NCBI GenBank assembly: GCA_050115495.1
Contig: JASFQK010000032.1
Coordinates: 1 to 64,000, forward strand
Direction: 5' to 3'
From: Phycisphaerae bacterium
Lineage (GTDB): Bacteria > Planctomycetota > Phycisphaerae > UBA1845 > Fen-1342
DNA length: 64,000 bases
In this document: piece by piece, positions 9,013-17,837 of the stretch
Layout: every line of letters starts with the position of its first letter
Position numbering within the stretch: position 1 is the first letter of the stretch
Position numbers and translations under genes: made by a program
The notes under the pieces: model-generated
Database searches by the model: none
What the model was told of the DNA's origin: nothing
Seen by the model: only the letters and a program-made list of their open reading frames with translations

Positions 9013-10544
9013 CGCCGGCCGCCGCCGCTTCCGCCCCACTGCTGGCGATGCGTGGCATCTGCAAGACGTTCCCCGGGGTGCGCGCCCTGGACGGCGTGGA
9101 TTTCACGGTCCGGGCGGGGGAGATTCATGCACTGCTGGGCGAGAACGGGGCGGGCAAATCCACGCTCATCAAGGTGCTGACGGGAGTGTATCGGCGCGAT
9201 GACGGCGAGATGCTGCTGGACGGGCAGCCCGTAACGCCGCAATCGCCGCAACATGCCCAGTCGCTCGGGATCAGCACGGTCTACCAGGAAGTGAACCTCA
9301 TCCCGTACCTGTCCGTCGCGGAGAACATCTATCTCGGCCGGCAGCCGCGGCGATGGGCGTGGCTGGCCTGGTGGGAGATACACCGGGGCGCGACCGAGGC
9401 GCTGCGCCGGCTGGATCTGGACATCGATGTCTCGCTGCCGCTGAGCAGCTACTCGATCGCGATCCAGCAGATGGTGGCGGTGGCTCGGGCGCTGGACGTA
9501 CAGGCGCGGCTGCTGGTGCTGGATGAGCCGACTTCGAGCCTCGATGCGGCGGAGGTGGCCCAGCTCTTCGGCGTGATGCGCACGCTGAAGGAGCGCGGGC
9601 TGGGCATCGTCTTCATCACGCACTTTCTCGAACAAGTGTACGCAATCTCCGACCGGCTCACCGTGCTGCGCAACGGGCGGCTCGTCGGCGAATACGAGAC
9701 GGCGGCGCTGCCGCGAATCGAGCTGATCGCGAAGATGATCGGCCAGGATGCCGACACGGCGGCGCGGCTCACGACGCAGTCGGCGACCCGGCCGACGGCG
9801 GTCAAGCGCGAACTACTGCTCAGCGCGACGGGCGTCGGCCGGTCCGGCACGCTCCAGCCGCTCGACGTACGCATCGACGCGGGCGAAGTCGTGGGGCTGG
9901 CCGGACTGCTCGGTTCCGGTCGTAGCGAGCTCGCCCGGCTGCTATTCGGGCTGGAGCCGGCGGATTCGGGAAAGACAGAAATCGACGGCCGGCCGGCGAA
10001 GCTCACTTCGCCGCGGCGGGCGATCGCCTGCGGATTGGGCTTCTGCCCGGAAGATCGCAAGGCCGACGGCATCGTGCCCGAGCTGTCCGTGCGAGAGAAC
10101 ATCATCCTGGCGCTTCAGGCGCGGCGGGGCTGGCTGCGGCCGCTCAGCCGGCGGGCCCAGGTTCGGCTCGCTCGGCACTATTCACAGGCCCTGAGCATCG
10201 CTACACCCGACGCCGAGAAGCCAGTCGGTCAGCTCAGCGGCGGGAACCAGCAGAAAGTGATCCTGGCCCGCTGGCTGGCGGCACAACCGCGGCTGCTGAT
10301 CCTCGACGAACCGACGCGCGGCATCGACATCGGGGCGAAGGCCGAGATCGAGAAGCTCGTAGCCACGCTGTGCGCCGAAGGCATGGCCATTCTGTTCATC
10401 TCCTCCGAACTGGAGGAAGTCGTGCGCAACTGTCAGCGTGTCCTCGTCCTGCGGGACCGGGCCAAGGTCGGCGAGCTCGCCGGCGATGAGATCGACCTGC
10501 CCGCGATCATGCAACGTATCGCCGCTCACGAGCACCATGGCTGA
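9009..10544 (+). CDS. ytfR: Sugar ABC transporter ATP-binding protein (two ABC domains), YtfR-like
   Basis: GENGAGKST Walker A, LVLDEPT, LSGGNQQKV, LILDEPTRGIDIGAK. GTG start overlaps the upstream TGA (GTGA at 9009-9012). Confidence 0.9.
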   Translation: MTPAAAASAPLLAMRGICKTFPGVRALDGVDFTVRAGEIHALLGENGAGKSTLIKVLTGVYRRDDGEMLLDGQPVTPQSPQHAQSLGISTVYQEVNLIPYLSVAENIYLGRQPRRWAWLAWWEIHRGATEALRRLDLDIDVSLPLSSYSIAIQQMVAVARALDVQARLLVLDEPTSSLDAAEVAQLFGVMRTLKERGLGIVFITHFLEQVYAISDRLTVLRNGRLVGEYETAALPRIELIAKMIGQDADTAARLTTQSATRPTAVKRELLLSATGVGRSGTLQPLDVRIDAGEVVGLAGLLGSGRSELARLLFGLEPADSGKTEIDGRPAKLTSPRRAIACGLGFCPEDRKADGIVPELSVRENIILALQARRGWLRPLSRRAQVRLARHYSQALSIATPDAEKPVGQLSGGNQQKVILARWLAAQPRLLILDEPTRGIDIGAKAEIEKLVATLCAEGMAILFISSELEEVVRNCQRVLVLRDRAKVGELAGDEIDLPAIMQRIAAHEHHG

Positions 10545-11544
10545 ACTGTCCACCCCGGCACCGGCGCGTCGCATCAACCGGCTGGTCTGGCCGGCGGCCG
10601 CACTACTTCTGCTGCTGCTGTTCAACCTGGTGTGCACGCGCGGGTTCTTCTCGTTGGAGATCAAGGACGGGCACCTGTACGGCTCGCTGATCGATGTGCT
10701 GAACCAGGCGGCGCCGGTGCTGCTGACGTCGCTGGGGATGACGCTGGTGATCGCGACGGGCGGTGTGGACCTGTCCGTCGGGGCGGTAATGGCGATGGCC
10801 GGAGCGGTCGCCGCCGTGCTGATCACGCAGACGACAGCGAGTGTGGGGCTGATCATCGCCGGCGCGCTCGGCGTAAGCCTGGCGGCAGGGTTGTGGAACG
10901 GTCTGCTCGTGGCGCTGTTTCGCGTGCAGCCGATCGTGGCGACGCTAGTGCTGATGGTCGCGGGACGGGGGTTAGCGCAGCTCCTCACGAAGGGACAGGT
11001 TGTCGGCTGCGAGCATCCGACGTTCTGCTTCATCGGCGGCGGGTATCTGTTCGCCCTGCCGTTCACGGTGACACTCTTCGCAGTGATGTTCGGCGCAGCG
11101 GCGCTGCTGACGCGGGGCACGGCCCTCGGCCTGCTCATCGAGGCCGTCGGCAACAACGAGGCGGCCAGTCGGTGCGCCGGCGTGCGCGTGCGACTGGTGA
11201 AGCTGCTGGCGTACGGCTTCTGCGGGCTGTGCGCCGGCCTGGCCGGCATCGTTGACGCGGCCGACATCAGGGCCGCCGACGTGAACCACTTGGGCGAGTA
11301 CCTCGAACTAGACGCGATTCTGGCAGTGGTCATCGGCGGAACGGCTCTCACCGGCGGGCGTTTCTCGCTCATCGGCACGGTGATCGGCGCCCTGATCATC
11401 CAGACACTGACCACGACGATTCTGACCCACGACGTGCCCGTCGAACACACGCTCGTCGTCAAGGCGCTGGTCGTGCTGGTCGTTTGCCTGCTGCAAGCGG
11501 AGCGGCTGCGCGAGCTGCTGCGGCGGTGGAGGGCGACGGCATGA
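10537..11544 (+). CDS. ytfT: Sugar ABC transporter permease, YtfT-like
   Basis: DGHLYGSLIDVL, GMTLVIATGGVDLSVGA, ELDAILAVVIGGT; multiple TM helices. Confidence 0.88.
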   Translation: MAELSTPAPARRINRLVWPAAALLLLLLFNLVCTRGFFSLEIKDGHLYGSLIDVLNQAAPVLLTSLGMTLVIATGGVDLSVGAVMAMAGAVAAVLITQTTASVGLIIAGALGVSLAAGLWNGLLVALFRVQPIVATLVLMVAGRGLAQLLTKGQVVGCEHPTFCFIGGGYLFALPFTVTLFAVMFGAAALLTRGTALGLLIEAVGNNEAASRCAGVRVRLVKLLAYGFCGLCAGLAGIVDAADIRAADVNHLGEYLELDAILAVVIGGTALTGGRFSLIGTVIGALIIQTLTTTILTHDVPVEHTLVVKALVVLVVCLLQAERLRELLRRWRATA

Positions 11545-12503
11545 AGCTGCGCCTGGCCCGCCAGCATGTGCCGCTCGTCGCCACGACTGTGGTCTGCCTG
11601 CTGCTGTACGGGGCCGCGTCGCTGCGCTACGACGGCTTCTGCTCGTGGGCGGTGCTGCTGAACCTCTTCCGCGACAACGCCTTCCTCGGGCTCGCCGCCA
11701 TCGGCATGACCTTCGTCATCCTCTCCGGCGGGATCGATCTGTCCGTCGGGGCGATGGTGGGCTGCACGAGCATTCTGCTGGCGACGCTCATGCAGCGCTG
11801 CGAGCTGACGCCATTTGTGGCCATACCGGCGGTGCTGATGTTCGGGGCGGCACTCGGGCTGGGCATGGGGGCGGTGGTGCACTTCTTCGGCCTACCGCCG
11901 TTCCTGGTGACGCTGGCGGGGATGTTCCTGGCTCGCGGAATCGGTTTCGTCATCGACATGGAAACGGTTTCGATTCGGCAGCCACTGTACGACTGGATCG
12001 ACGACGTCAGCTTCACGTTCTTTCCGATCATGGTGATCGTCTTTCTGGCCGCCCTGCTGGCCGCGCTGTACGTGGCCCACCAGACGCGTTTCGGGCGAGC
12101 GGTGTACGCGGTCGGCGGGAGCGAGAGCTCGGCCCTGCTCATGGGCCTGCCGGTCGGTCGCACGAAGGTCGGCGTCTACACGCTCAGCGGCTTTTGCTCG
12201 GCCATGGCCGGCGTGCTGTACACGTTCTACACCTCCTCGGGAAACCCCAACGCCGGCACCATGCTCGAACTCGACGCCATCGCCGCGGTGGTCATCGGCG
12301 GCACACTGCTGACCGGCGGCGTGGGCAACGTGTTCGGCACATTGATCGGCGTGCTCATCTTCGGCATCATCCAGACAGCCATCACGTTCGAGGGGACGCT
12401 CAGCTCGTGGTGGACGCGGATCGCGATCGGCGGTCTACTGCTGGCGTTCATCCTGCTGCAGAAGCTCGTGCAGAGCGGCGCGGCAGGCCGGCGAAACCGG
12501 TAA
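11541..12503 (+). CDS. yjfF: Sugar ABC transporter permease, YjfF-like
   Basis: DNAFLG, GMTFVILSGGIDLSVGA, ELDAIAAVVIGGTLLTGG, FEGTLSSWWTRI. ATGA overlap with the upstream gene. Confidence 0.88.
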   Translation: MKLRLARQHVPLVATTVVCLLLYGAASLRYDGFCSWAVLLNLFRDNAFLGLAAIGMTFVILSGGIDLSVGAMVGCTSILLATLMQRCELTPFVAIPAVLMFGAALGLGMGAVVHFFGLPPFLVTLAGMFLARGIGFVIDMETVSIRQPLYDWIDDVSFTFFPIMVIVFLAALLAALYVAHQTRFGRAVYAVGGSESSALLMGLPVGRTKVGVYTLSGFCSAMAGVLYTFYTSSGNPNAGTMLELDAIAAVVIGGTLLTGGVGNVFGTLIGVLIFGIIQTAITFEGTLSSWWTRIAIGGLLLAFILLQKLVQSGAAGRRNR

Positions 12504-12519
12504 GACACGAGGACAGCTC

Positions 12520-14793
12520 ATGAACCACTTCTGGCTTGGCCTGGCATGTCTCGTTATCGCAGCTTCGACGGGGATCGCCTTCGCCCAATGGCAGCCGGCC
12601 GACGGCCCGCTGGCCACGCGGTGGGCAAAGGACGTCTCGCCCGACAACGCACTGCCCGAATACCCGCGCCCGCAGATGGTCCGAGCCGACTGGCTGAACC
12701 TGAACGGCCTGTGGGAATACGCCCTGCGCGGCAAGGACGACGCCCGGCCGCAGACCTTTGACGGCCAGATTCTCGTGCCGTTCGCCATCGAGTCGTCGCT
12801 CTCCGGCGTCGGCAAGCGCGTCGAGGACGGGCAATGCCTGTGGTATCGGCGGGCGCTCACGGTTCCGGCGGCGTGGAGTGAGCGGCACGTCCTGCTGCAC
12901 TTCGGCGCGGTCGACTGGGAAACAGAAGTCTTCGTCAACGGCCAGAGTGTCGGCACGCACCGCGGCGGCTACGACCCGTTCACGTTCGACATCACGGCGG
13001 CGCTCCGCCCCGAGGGGACGCAGGAGCTGGTGGTCCGCGCCTGGGATCCGACCGACGCCGGCGCGCAGCCGCGCGGTAAGCAGGTGCGCAAACCGCACGG
13101 CATCTGGTACACGCCGACGACCGGCATCTGGCAGACGGTGTGGCTGGAGCCGGTGCCGGAGTTGCACATCAGGTCACTGCGACTGACGCCGGACCTGGGC
13201 TGCATGCGGCTGATCATCTCGGCGGAGATCGTCGGGCCGACCGACGGGCTGGTCATCGAGGCGACGGCACTCGTCGACGGGCGCGAGGTGGCCACTGTCA
13301 CGGACAAGGCGACCTCTCAGATCGACCTGACGATCCCCGAGGCGCACCTTTGGTCGCCGGACGATCCGTTCCTGTACGACCTGCGCGTGACGCTGCGGCA
13401 GGGCGAGGACGGCGACGTGCTGGACCAGGTGACGTGCTACTTCGGCATGCGCAATGTGAACGTCGGCGCTGATCCCAACGGCGTCACGCGCATCCTCCTC
13501 AACGACAAACCGTTGTTCATGTTCGGGTTGCTCGACCAGGGGTTCTGGCCGGATGGCCTCTACACGGCACCGACGGACGAGGCCCTGCGCTACGACATCG
13601 AGATCTCCCGGCGGCTGGGCTTCAACACCGCCCGCAAGCACGTTAAGGTTGAGCCGGACCGGTGGTATTACTGGTGCGACCGGCTCGGGCTGCTGGTCTG
13701 GCAGGACATGCCCAGCGGCGACCGGTACATCGGCCCGAACGACGCGGACATCGAGCGCTCTCCCGAGTCGGCACAGCAGTACGAGCGCGAGCTGCGGGGC
13801 ATCATGGACGCCCTGGTCAACCACCCGTCGATCGTCATGTGGGTGCCGTTCAACGAGGGCTGGGGGCAGTTCGATACGGGCCGCATCGCCACGTGGATCA
13901 AGGAGCACGACTTGACCCGGCTGGTCAATTCGGCCAGCGGCTGGACGGATCGCGGCGTCGGCGACGTGCACGACATTCACGCCTATCCGGGTCCGGCCTC
14001 ACCCAAGCCCGAACCGAAACGAGCGGCCGTGCTGGGCGAGTTCGGCGGTCTGGGGTTGCCACTGAAGGGGCATACGTGGCAGGATGAGAAGAACTGGGGG
14101 TACCGCAGCTTCGACTCGCGCGAGAAGCTCACTGCGGCATACGTGGACGTCGTCGAGAAGCTCCGCCCGCTGATTGCCGACCCGGGTCTGTCAGCCGCGA
14201 TCTACACGCAGACGACCGACGTGGAGATCGAAGTGAACGGTGTGATGACTTACGACCGGGCCGAGATCAAGATCGATCCGGCGCAGGCGGCCGCGGTGGC
14301 CGCGCGGCTGTTCCTGCCGCCGCCGCGCATCGTCACCATCGAACCGACCTCGGAGGAGAAAGGCCGCACGTGGCGTTGCACGACGTCCACGCCGGCGGAA
14401 GGCTGGGAGCGGCCGGACTTCGACGATTCTGGCTGGACCGAGGCGGTGGCCGGGTTCGGTCGCAACGGCACGCCCGGGATCGTCGTGCGGTCGGAGTGGC
14501 AGACGGAGGACATCTGGCTGCGGCGGAGCTTCGAGGTCGCCGAGCTGCCGGCCAGTCCGCGGCTGCGGCTCTATCACGACGAGGACTGCGAGGTGTACGT
14601 CAACGGCCGGCGGGCGGCGGCGGTCACCGGCTACACGACGAGTTACATCATGATTCCGCTGGAGGAGCCCGGGGCGCTGCGGCAGGGGAGGAATGTGTTC
14701 GCCGTGCACTGCCACAACACGCATGGTGGGCAGGGCGTGGACGTGGGGCTGATTGACTGGATCGAGCCGGGAGAGTCGACCAAGCCGCAGTAG
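12520..14793 (+). CDS. Secreted glycoside hydrolase family 2 with extra C-terminal beta-sandwich domain
   Basis: Signal peptide; EYPRPQ, NLNGLW, LHFGAVDW, GLLDQGFWPDG, RKHVKVEP, WVPFNEGWGQ (acid/base Glu) and LGEFGG (nucleophile). Confidence 0.9.
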   Translation: MNHFWLGLACLVIAASTGIAFAQWQPADGPLATRWAKDVSPDNALPEYPRPQMVRADWLNLNGLWEYALRGKDDARPQTFDGQILVPFAIESSLSGVGKRVEDGQCLWYRRALTVPAAWSERHVLLHFGAVDWETEVFVNGQSVGTHRGGYDPFTFDITAALRPEGTQELVVRAWDPTDAGAQPRGKQVRKPHGIWYTPTTGIWQTVWLEPVPELHIRSLRLTPDLGCMRLIISAEIVGPTDGLVIEATALVDGREVATVTDKATSQIDLTIPEAHLWSPDDPFLYDLRVTLRQGEDGDVLDQVTCYFGMRNVNVGADPNGVTRILLNDKPLFMFGLLDQGFWPDGLYTAPTDEALRYDIEISRRLGFNTARKHVKVEPDRWYYWCDRLGLLVWQDMPSGDRYIGPNDADIERSPESAQQYERELRGIMDALVNHPSIVMWVPFNEGWGQFDTGRIATWIKEHDLTRLVNSASGWTDRGVGDVHDIHAYPGPASPKPEPKRAAVLGEFGGLGLPLKGHTWQDEKNWGYRSFDSREKLTAAYVDVVEKLRPLIADPGLSAAIYTQTTDVEIEVNGVMTYDRAEIKIDPAQAAAVAARLFLPPPRIVTIEPTSEEKGRTWRCTTSTPAEGWERPDFDDSGWTEAVAGFGRNGTPGIVVRSEWQTEDIWLRRSFEVAELPASPRLRLYHDEDCEVYVNGRRAAAVTGYTTSYIMIPLEEPGALRQGRNVFAVHCHNTHGGQGVDVGLIDWIEPGESTKPQ

Positions 14794-14809
14794 GACCCGG
14801 GGCTGGCGG

Positions 14810-15160
14810 TCAGTTGGTCTCGGCGGTCTCGCGCAGCACTTCCTTGATGGCGGCGCGGTTGAAGCGCATCTTGACGTTGCTGGACTCGTCCACCTTGAGG
14901 ACAACCTCGTTGTCGCGGACTTCGACGACGGTGCCCAGGATGCCGCCGATGGTCTGCACGCGGTCGTTACGCTTCAGGTTGCTGAGCATGTCCTCGTAGG
15001 TCTTGCGCTCCTTGCTTTTGCTGCGGGAGATCCACCACCAGAAGATGCCGACCACCAGGAACAGGGGGAACATCTGCCGGAAGAACACCTCCCAGCCCGA
15101 CGGGGGCGGAGCCTTGGTCGGTTGAGACGCCTGGGCCAGCAGCAGCAGCAGATCCGTCAT
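14810..15160 (-). CDS. yajC: Preprotein translocase subunit YajC
   Basis: Single TM, then [20 protein letters not shown]...FNRAAI; directly downstream of tgt. Confidence 0.93.
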   Translation of the reverse strand: MTDLLLLLAQASQPTKAPPPSGWEVFFRQMFPLFLVVGIFWWWISRSKSKERKTYEDMLSNLKRNDRVQTIGGILGTVVEVRDNEVVLKVDESSNVKMRFNRAAIKEVLRETAETN

Positions 15161-16290
15161 TCGTCACCATCCGTATTGACCTGAGCGGCGGGGCCTTGCA
15201 GAAACGAGCGTCGCCACGCAGCGAACGTGCCCGCGGCGAGCGCCTCGCGCATCTGCCGCATCAGGTCCTGGTAGAAGTGGACATTATGCACGGAAACCAG
15301 CGTCCCTCCAAGGATCTCGCCGGAGAGGAAGAGGTGCCGAAGGTAGCCGCGTGAGAAGTTGCAGCAGGCGTAGCAGGGGCAACCCGGCTCCAGCGGCTCG
15401 TCCGCCAGCCGATGGCGAGCGTTGCGCAGGCGAAGCGGACCCGCGCTGGTGAAAACGTAGCCCTTGCGGCCGTTGCGCGTGGGCAACACGCAGTCGAACT
15501 GGTCTATGCCGGCGGTCACGGCCTGTACGAGGTCCACGGGCGTGCCGACGCCCATGAGGTAGCGCGGCCGGTCCGCCGGCAGCTTCGGGCCGAACGCTTC
15601 GAGAAGCTGCCACATTTCCGCGGGCGACTCGCCGACGGACAACCCGCCCAGGGCGTAGCCGTCGAAACCGATGGCCAGCAGGCGTTCGAGGCACTCGGCC
15701 CGGAGGGCCGGGTCGAGGCCTCCCTGCACGATGCCGTACAGGGCCTGGTCGGGCCGGCGGTGCGCCGCCCGGCAGCGAACCGCCCAACCGATCGTGCGTT
15801 CGACCGCCGACCGCAGCGCTTCGGGCGTGGCGGGCAGCGGTGGGCATTCGTCGAGGGCCATGATGATGTCGGCGCCGAGGCGGTTCTGCACGTCGATCGC
15901 CGTCTCGGGCGTGAGATGCAGGTGGGCACCGTCGATGTGTGACTGGAACGAGGCGCCCTCGTCGGTCACGCGGCGCAGGTCGGTCAGCGAGAAGACCTGG
16001 AAGCCACCGCTGTCAGTCAGGATCGGGCCGGGCCAACCCATGAAGCGGTGCAGGCCGCCGAGCTGCTCGACGGCCTCGACGCCGGGGCGGAGCATCAGGT
16101 GGTACGTGTTGGCCAGGACGATCTGCGTGCCGGTCTCGGCGATCTGGGCGGGCGTAAGGCCCTTGACCGTGGCCCGAGTGCCGACGGGCATGAATGCGGG
16201 CGTATCGATGGCGCCGTGGGGTGTTTGCAGCGTGCCGCAACGGGCGTGATCGACCGTGTGCCGGATGCGGAACGAGAAGCCTTCGGCCAC
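15157..16290 (-). CDS. tgt: Queuine tRNA-ribosyltransferase (tRNA-guanine transglycosylase)
   Basis: [54 protein letters not shown] and the zinc site CPCYAC...HN. Confidence 0.97.
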   Translation of the reverse strand: MAEGFSFRIRHTVDHARCGTLQTPHGAIDTPAFMPVGTRATVKGLTPAQIAETGTQIVLANTYHLMLRPGVEAVEQLGGLHRFMGWPGPILTDSGGFQVFSLTDLRRVTDEGASFQSHIDGAHLHLTPETAIDVQNRLGADIIMALDECPPLPATPEALRSAVERTIGWAVRCRAAHRRPDQALYGIVQGGLDPALRAECLERLLAIGFDGYALGGLSVGESPAEMWQLLEAFGPKLPADRPRYLMGVGTPVDLVQAVTAGIDQFDCVLPTRNGRKGYVFTSAGPLRLRNARHRLADEPLEPGCPCYACCNFSRGYLRHLFLSGEILGGTLVSVHNVHFYQDLMRQMREALAAGTFAAWRRSFLQGPAAQVNTDGDE

Positions 16291-16302
16291 CGCGGGGGTC
16301 CG

Positions 16303-17637
16303 CTACTCGCCGCGCTTGGGGGCGAGTTGCAGGGAATGGTCGGCCAGCCGGGCCTTGACCTCGTTCAGCGAGGTCACGCCGAAGTTGCGGGCGGCGAGCA
16401 GGTCGGCCTCGCTGAGCTGGCACAATTCGCCGAGCGTCGAAACCGCCAGCCGCTGGAGGCAGCGGCGGGAGCGGACGGAGAGTTCGAGCTCGCTGACCGG
16501 CTTCTGAAGGATGGCCTCGCGGCCGGGCGGCACGATGACCCGGGCCACGCCGGGCTCACCCGTCGGTTGGGAAACGAGCTCCTCGGCGGACTGGCCGAGG
16601 TGCAGGCCGCGCTTGTTCAGCAGCGTCTTGATCTCGGTGAGCGACGTCTCGCCGAAGTTCTTGAACGAGAGCAGCTCGGACTCGCTCAGCCGCACGAGGT
16701 CGCCGAGCGAGCGGATGTTCATTTTCTTGAGGCAGTTGCGGGCCCGGACGGAGAGCTCGAACTCGGAAATGGCGGTGTCCAGAAGCTGGTTGGCGGCGTC
16801 GACGTGCTCGTCGCCGGCCTCTTCGACGACCATCTGCCAGCAGCTCTCGACGTCCTTGAGGAACAGGCGGGCCCGGGCGTGATTGGGGTAGGCCTTGAGA
16901 ACGCGCTGGAGGCACTCGCGGGCCTTGTCGTAGCGGCCGAGATCCTCGTAGATGACGGCGAGGTTCATCAGGGCGTTCACGTGAGCCCGGGGGCGGAAGG
17001 CCAGTTCCTCATAGAGATCGATGGCCCGCTCGTCTTCGCCGTGAATGTCGTAGACATACGCGCAGCGGAAGGTGGCCTGCGGGTGGTCGGCGTTGAGGGC
17101 GAGAGCCTTCTCGTACTGCTCGAGGGCGCCGGCCCAGTCATCCGCACGTTCGAGGATCAGCCCCTGCACGTAGTACCAGTCGGCGCGGTCCTGGCCGACG
17201 CGCTCGTGTGCCTTGGCCAGCTTCGAGGCGGCGGCCACGTCACCCTGTTGCAGGTAGATGGCGGCGGCGTGCATGTCGGCGTCGAAGCGGTCCCAGCCTT
17301 TGGCGGCGGCCTGCTCCAACTCCTGCAACGCCTGCTCGTGCCGGCCCAGGGCCACGGCAGCGCGGGCGGCGTAGAAGCGGCGGAACTTGCCGTCGGGCGT
17401 CTTGCCCAGCCACTCGAGGGCGTCCCGGTAGCGGCCGAGCACCGCCAGACCCAGGGCCAGCTTCAACGCTTCGCCCTGGCCGCGCTCGACCTGCTCCTTG
17501 TACTCGCTCAGCATCTCGGCGAAGCGTTCCCGGGCCTTGAAGGTCTCCAGGACGGTGTCCGCCAGATGGTCATAGGAGTCGACGCCGACTTCCTGTTGCT
17601 CAAAGAACGTTGATACGTCCGCGGTTACGTCGGTCAT
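16303..17637 (-). CDS. TPR-repeat protein with two RNA polymerase alpha C-terminal-domain-like modules
   Basis: N-terminal TPR-like helices, then ISEFELSVRARNCL...LLSFKNFGETSLTEIK and VSELELSVRSRRCL...LLAARNFGVTSLNEVK. No alpha N-terminal dimerisation domain. Confidence 0.88.
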   Translation of the reverse strand: MTDVTADVSTFFEQQEVGVDSYDHLADTVLETFKARERFAEMLSEYKEQVERGQGEALKLALGLAVLGRYRDALEWLGKTPDGKFRRFYAARAAVALGRHEQALQELEQAAAKGWDRFDADMHAAAIYLQQGDVAAASKLAKAHERVGQDRADWYYVQGLILERADDWAGALEQYEKALALNADHPQATFRCAYVYDIHGEDERAIDLYEELAFRPRAHVNALMNLAVIYEDLGRYDKARECLQRVLKAYPNHARARLFLKDVESCWQMVVEEAGDEHVDAANQLLDTAISEFELSVRARNCLKKMNIRSLGDLVRLSESELLSFKNFGETSLTEIKTLLNKRGLHLGQSAEELVSQPTGEPGVARVIVPPGREAILQKPVSELELSVRSRRCLQRLAVSTLGELCQLSEADLLAARNFGVTSLNEVKARLADHSLQLAPKRGE

Positions 17638-17689
17638 ACGGGAACCACTCCGGTCAAATGGCGGGCATACCTCGGCCGATTATCACAGA

Positions 17690-17765
17690 ACCTTTATAAT
17701 AGGGGAATTCGCCCGGCTGGCAAGCCCCCCGCGGAGACGGCGGCCGGCGGCGTGTACAATACGGA
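17690..17765. promoter_or_regulatory. Candidate divergent promoter region between the TPR/alpha-CTD gene and metH
   Basis: AT-rich island (ctttataatagggg; TATTAT on the - strand) and TACAAT at 17755-17760 on the + strand in a GC-rich background. Confidence 0.4.
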
Positions 17766-17837
17766 ACTGGGCCGCCCCCGGGGGGCGAGGAACCGCTCCC
17801 GCCGGGGGAAGGTCCGCACGAGAGGAGACGCCAACTG

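Noticed and set aside
16303..17637. Calling this gene rpoA
   Set aside because: It lacks the alpha N-terminal assembly domain, has TPRs and two CTDs, and is not in the rpsK-rplQ context.
17761..17837. SAM, SAH or cobalamin riboswitch in the metH leader
   Set aside because: GC hairpins are present, but I could not match the conserved core of any of these riboswitches, and the leader is short. An Rfam scan would settle it.
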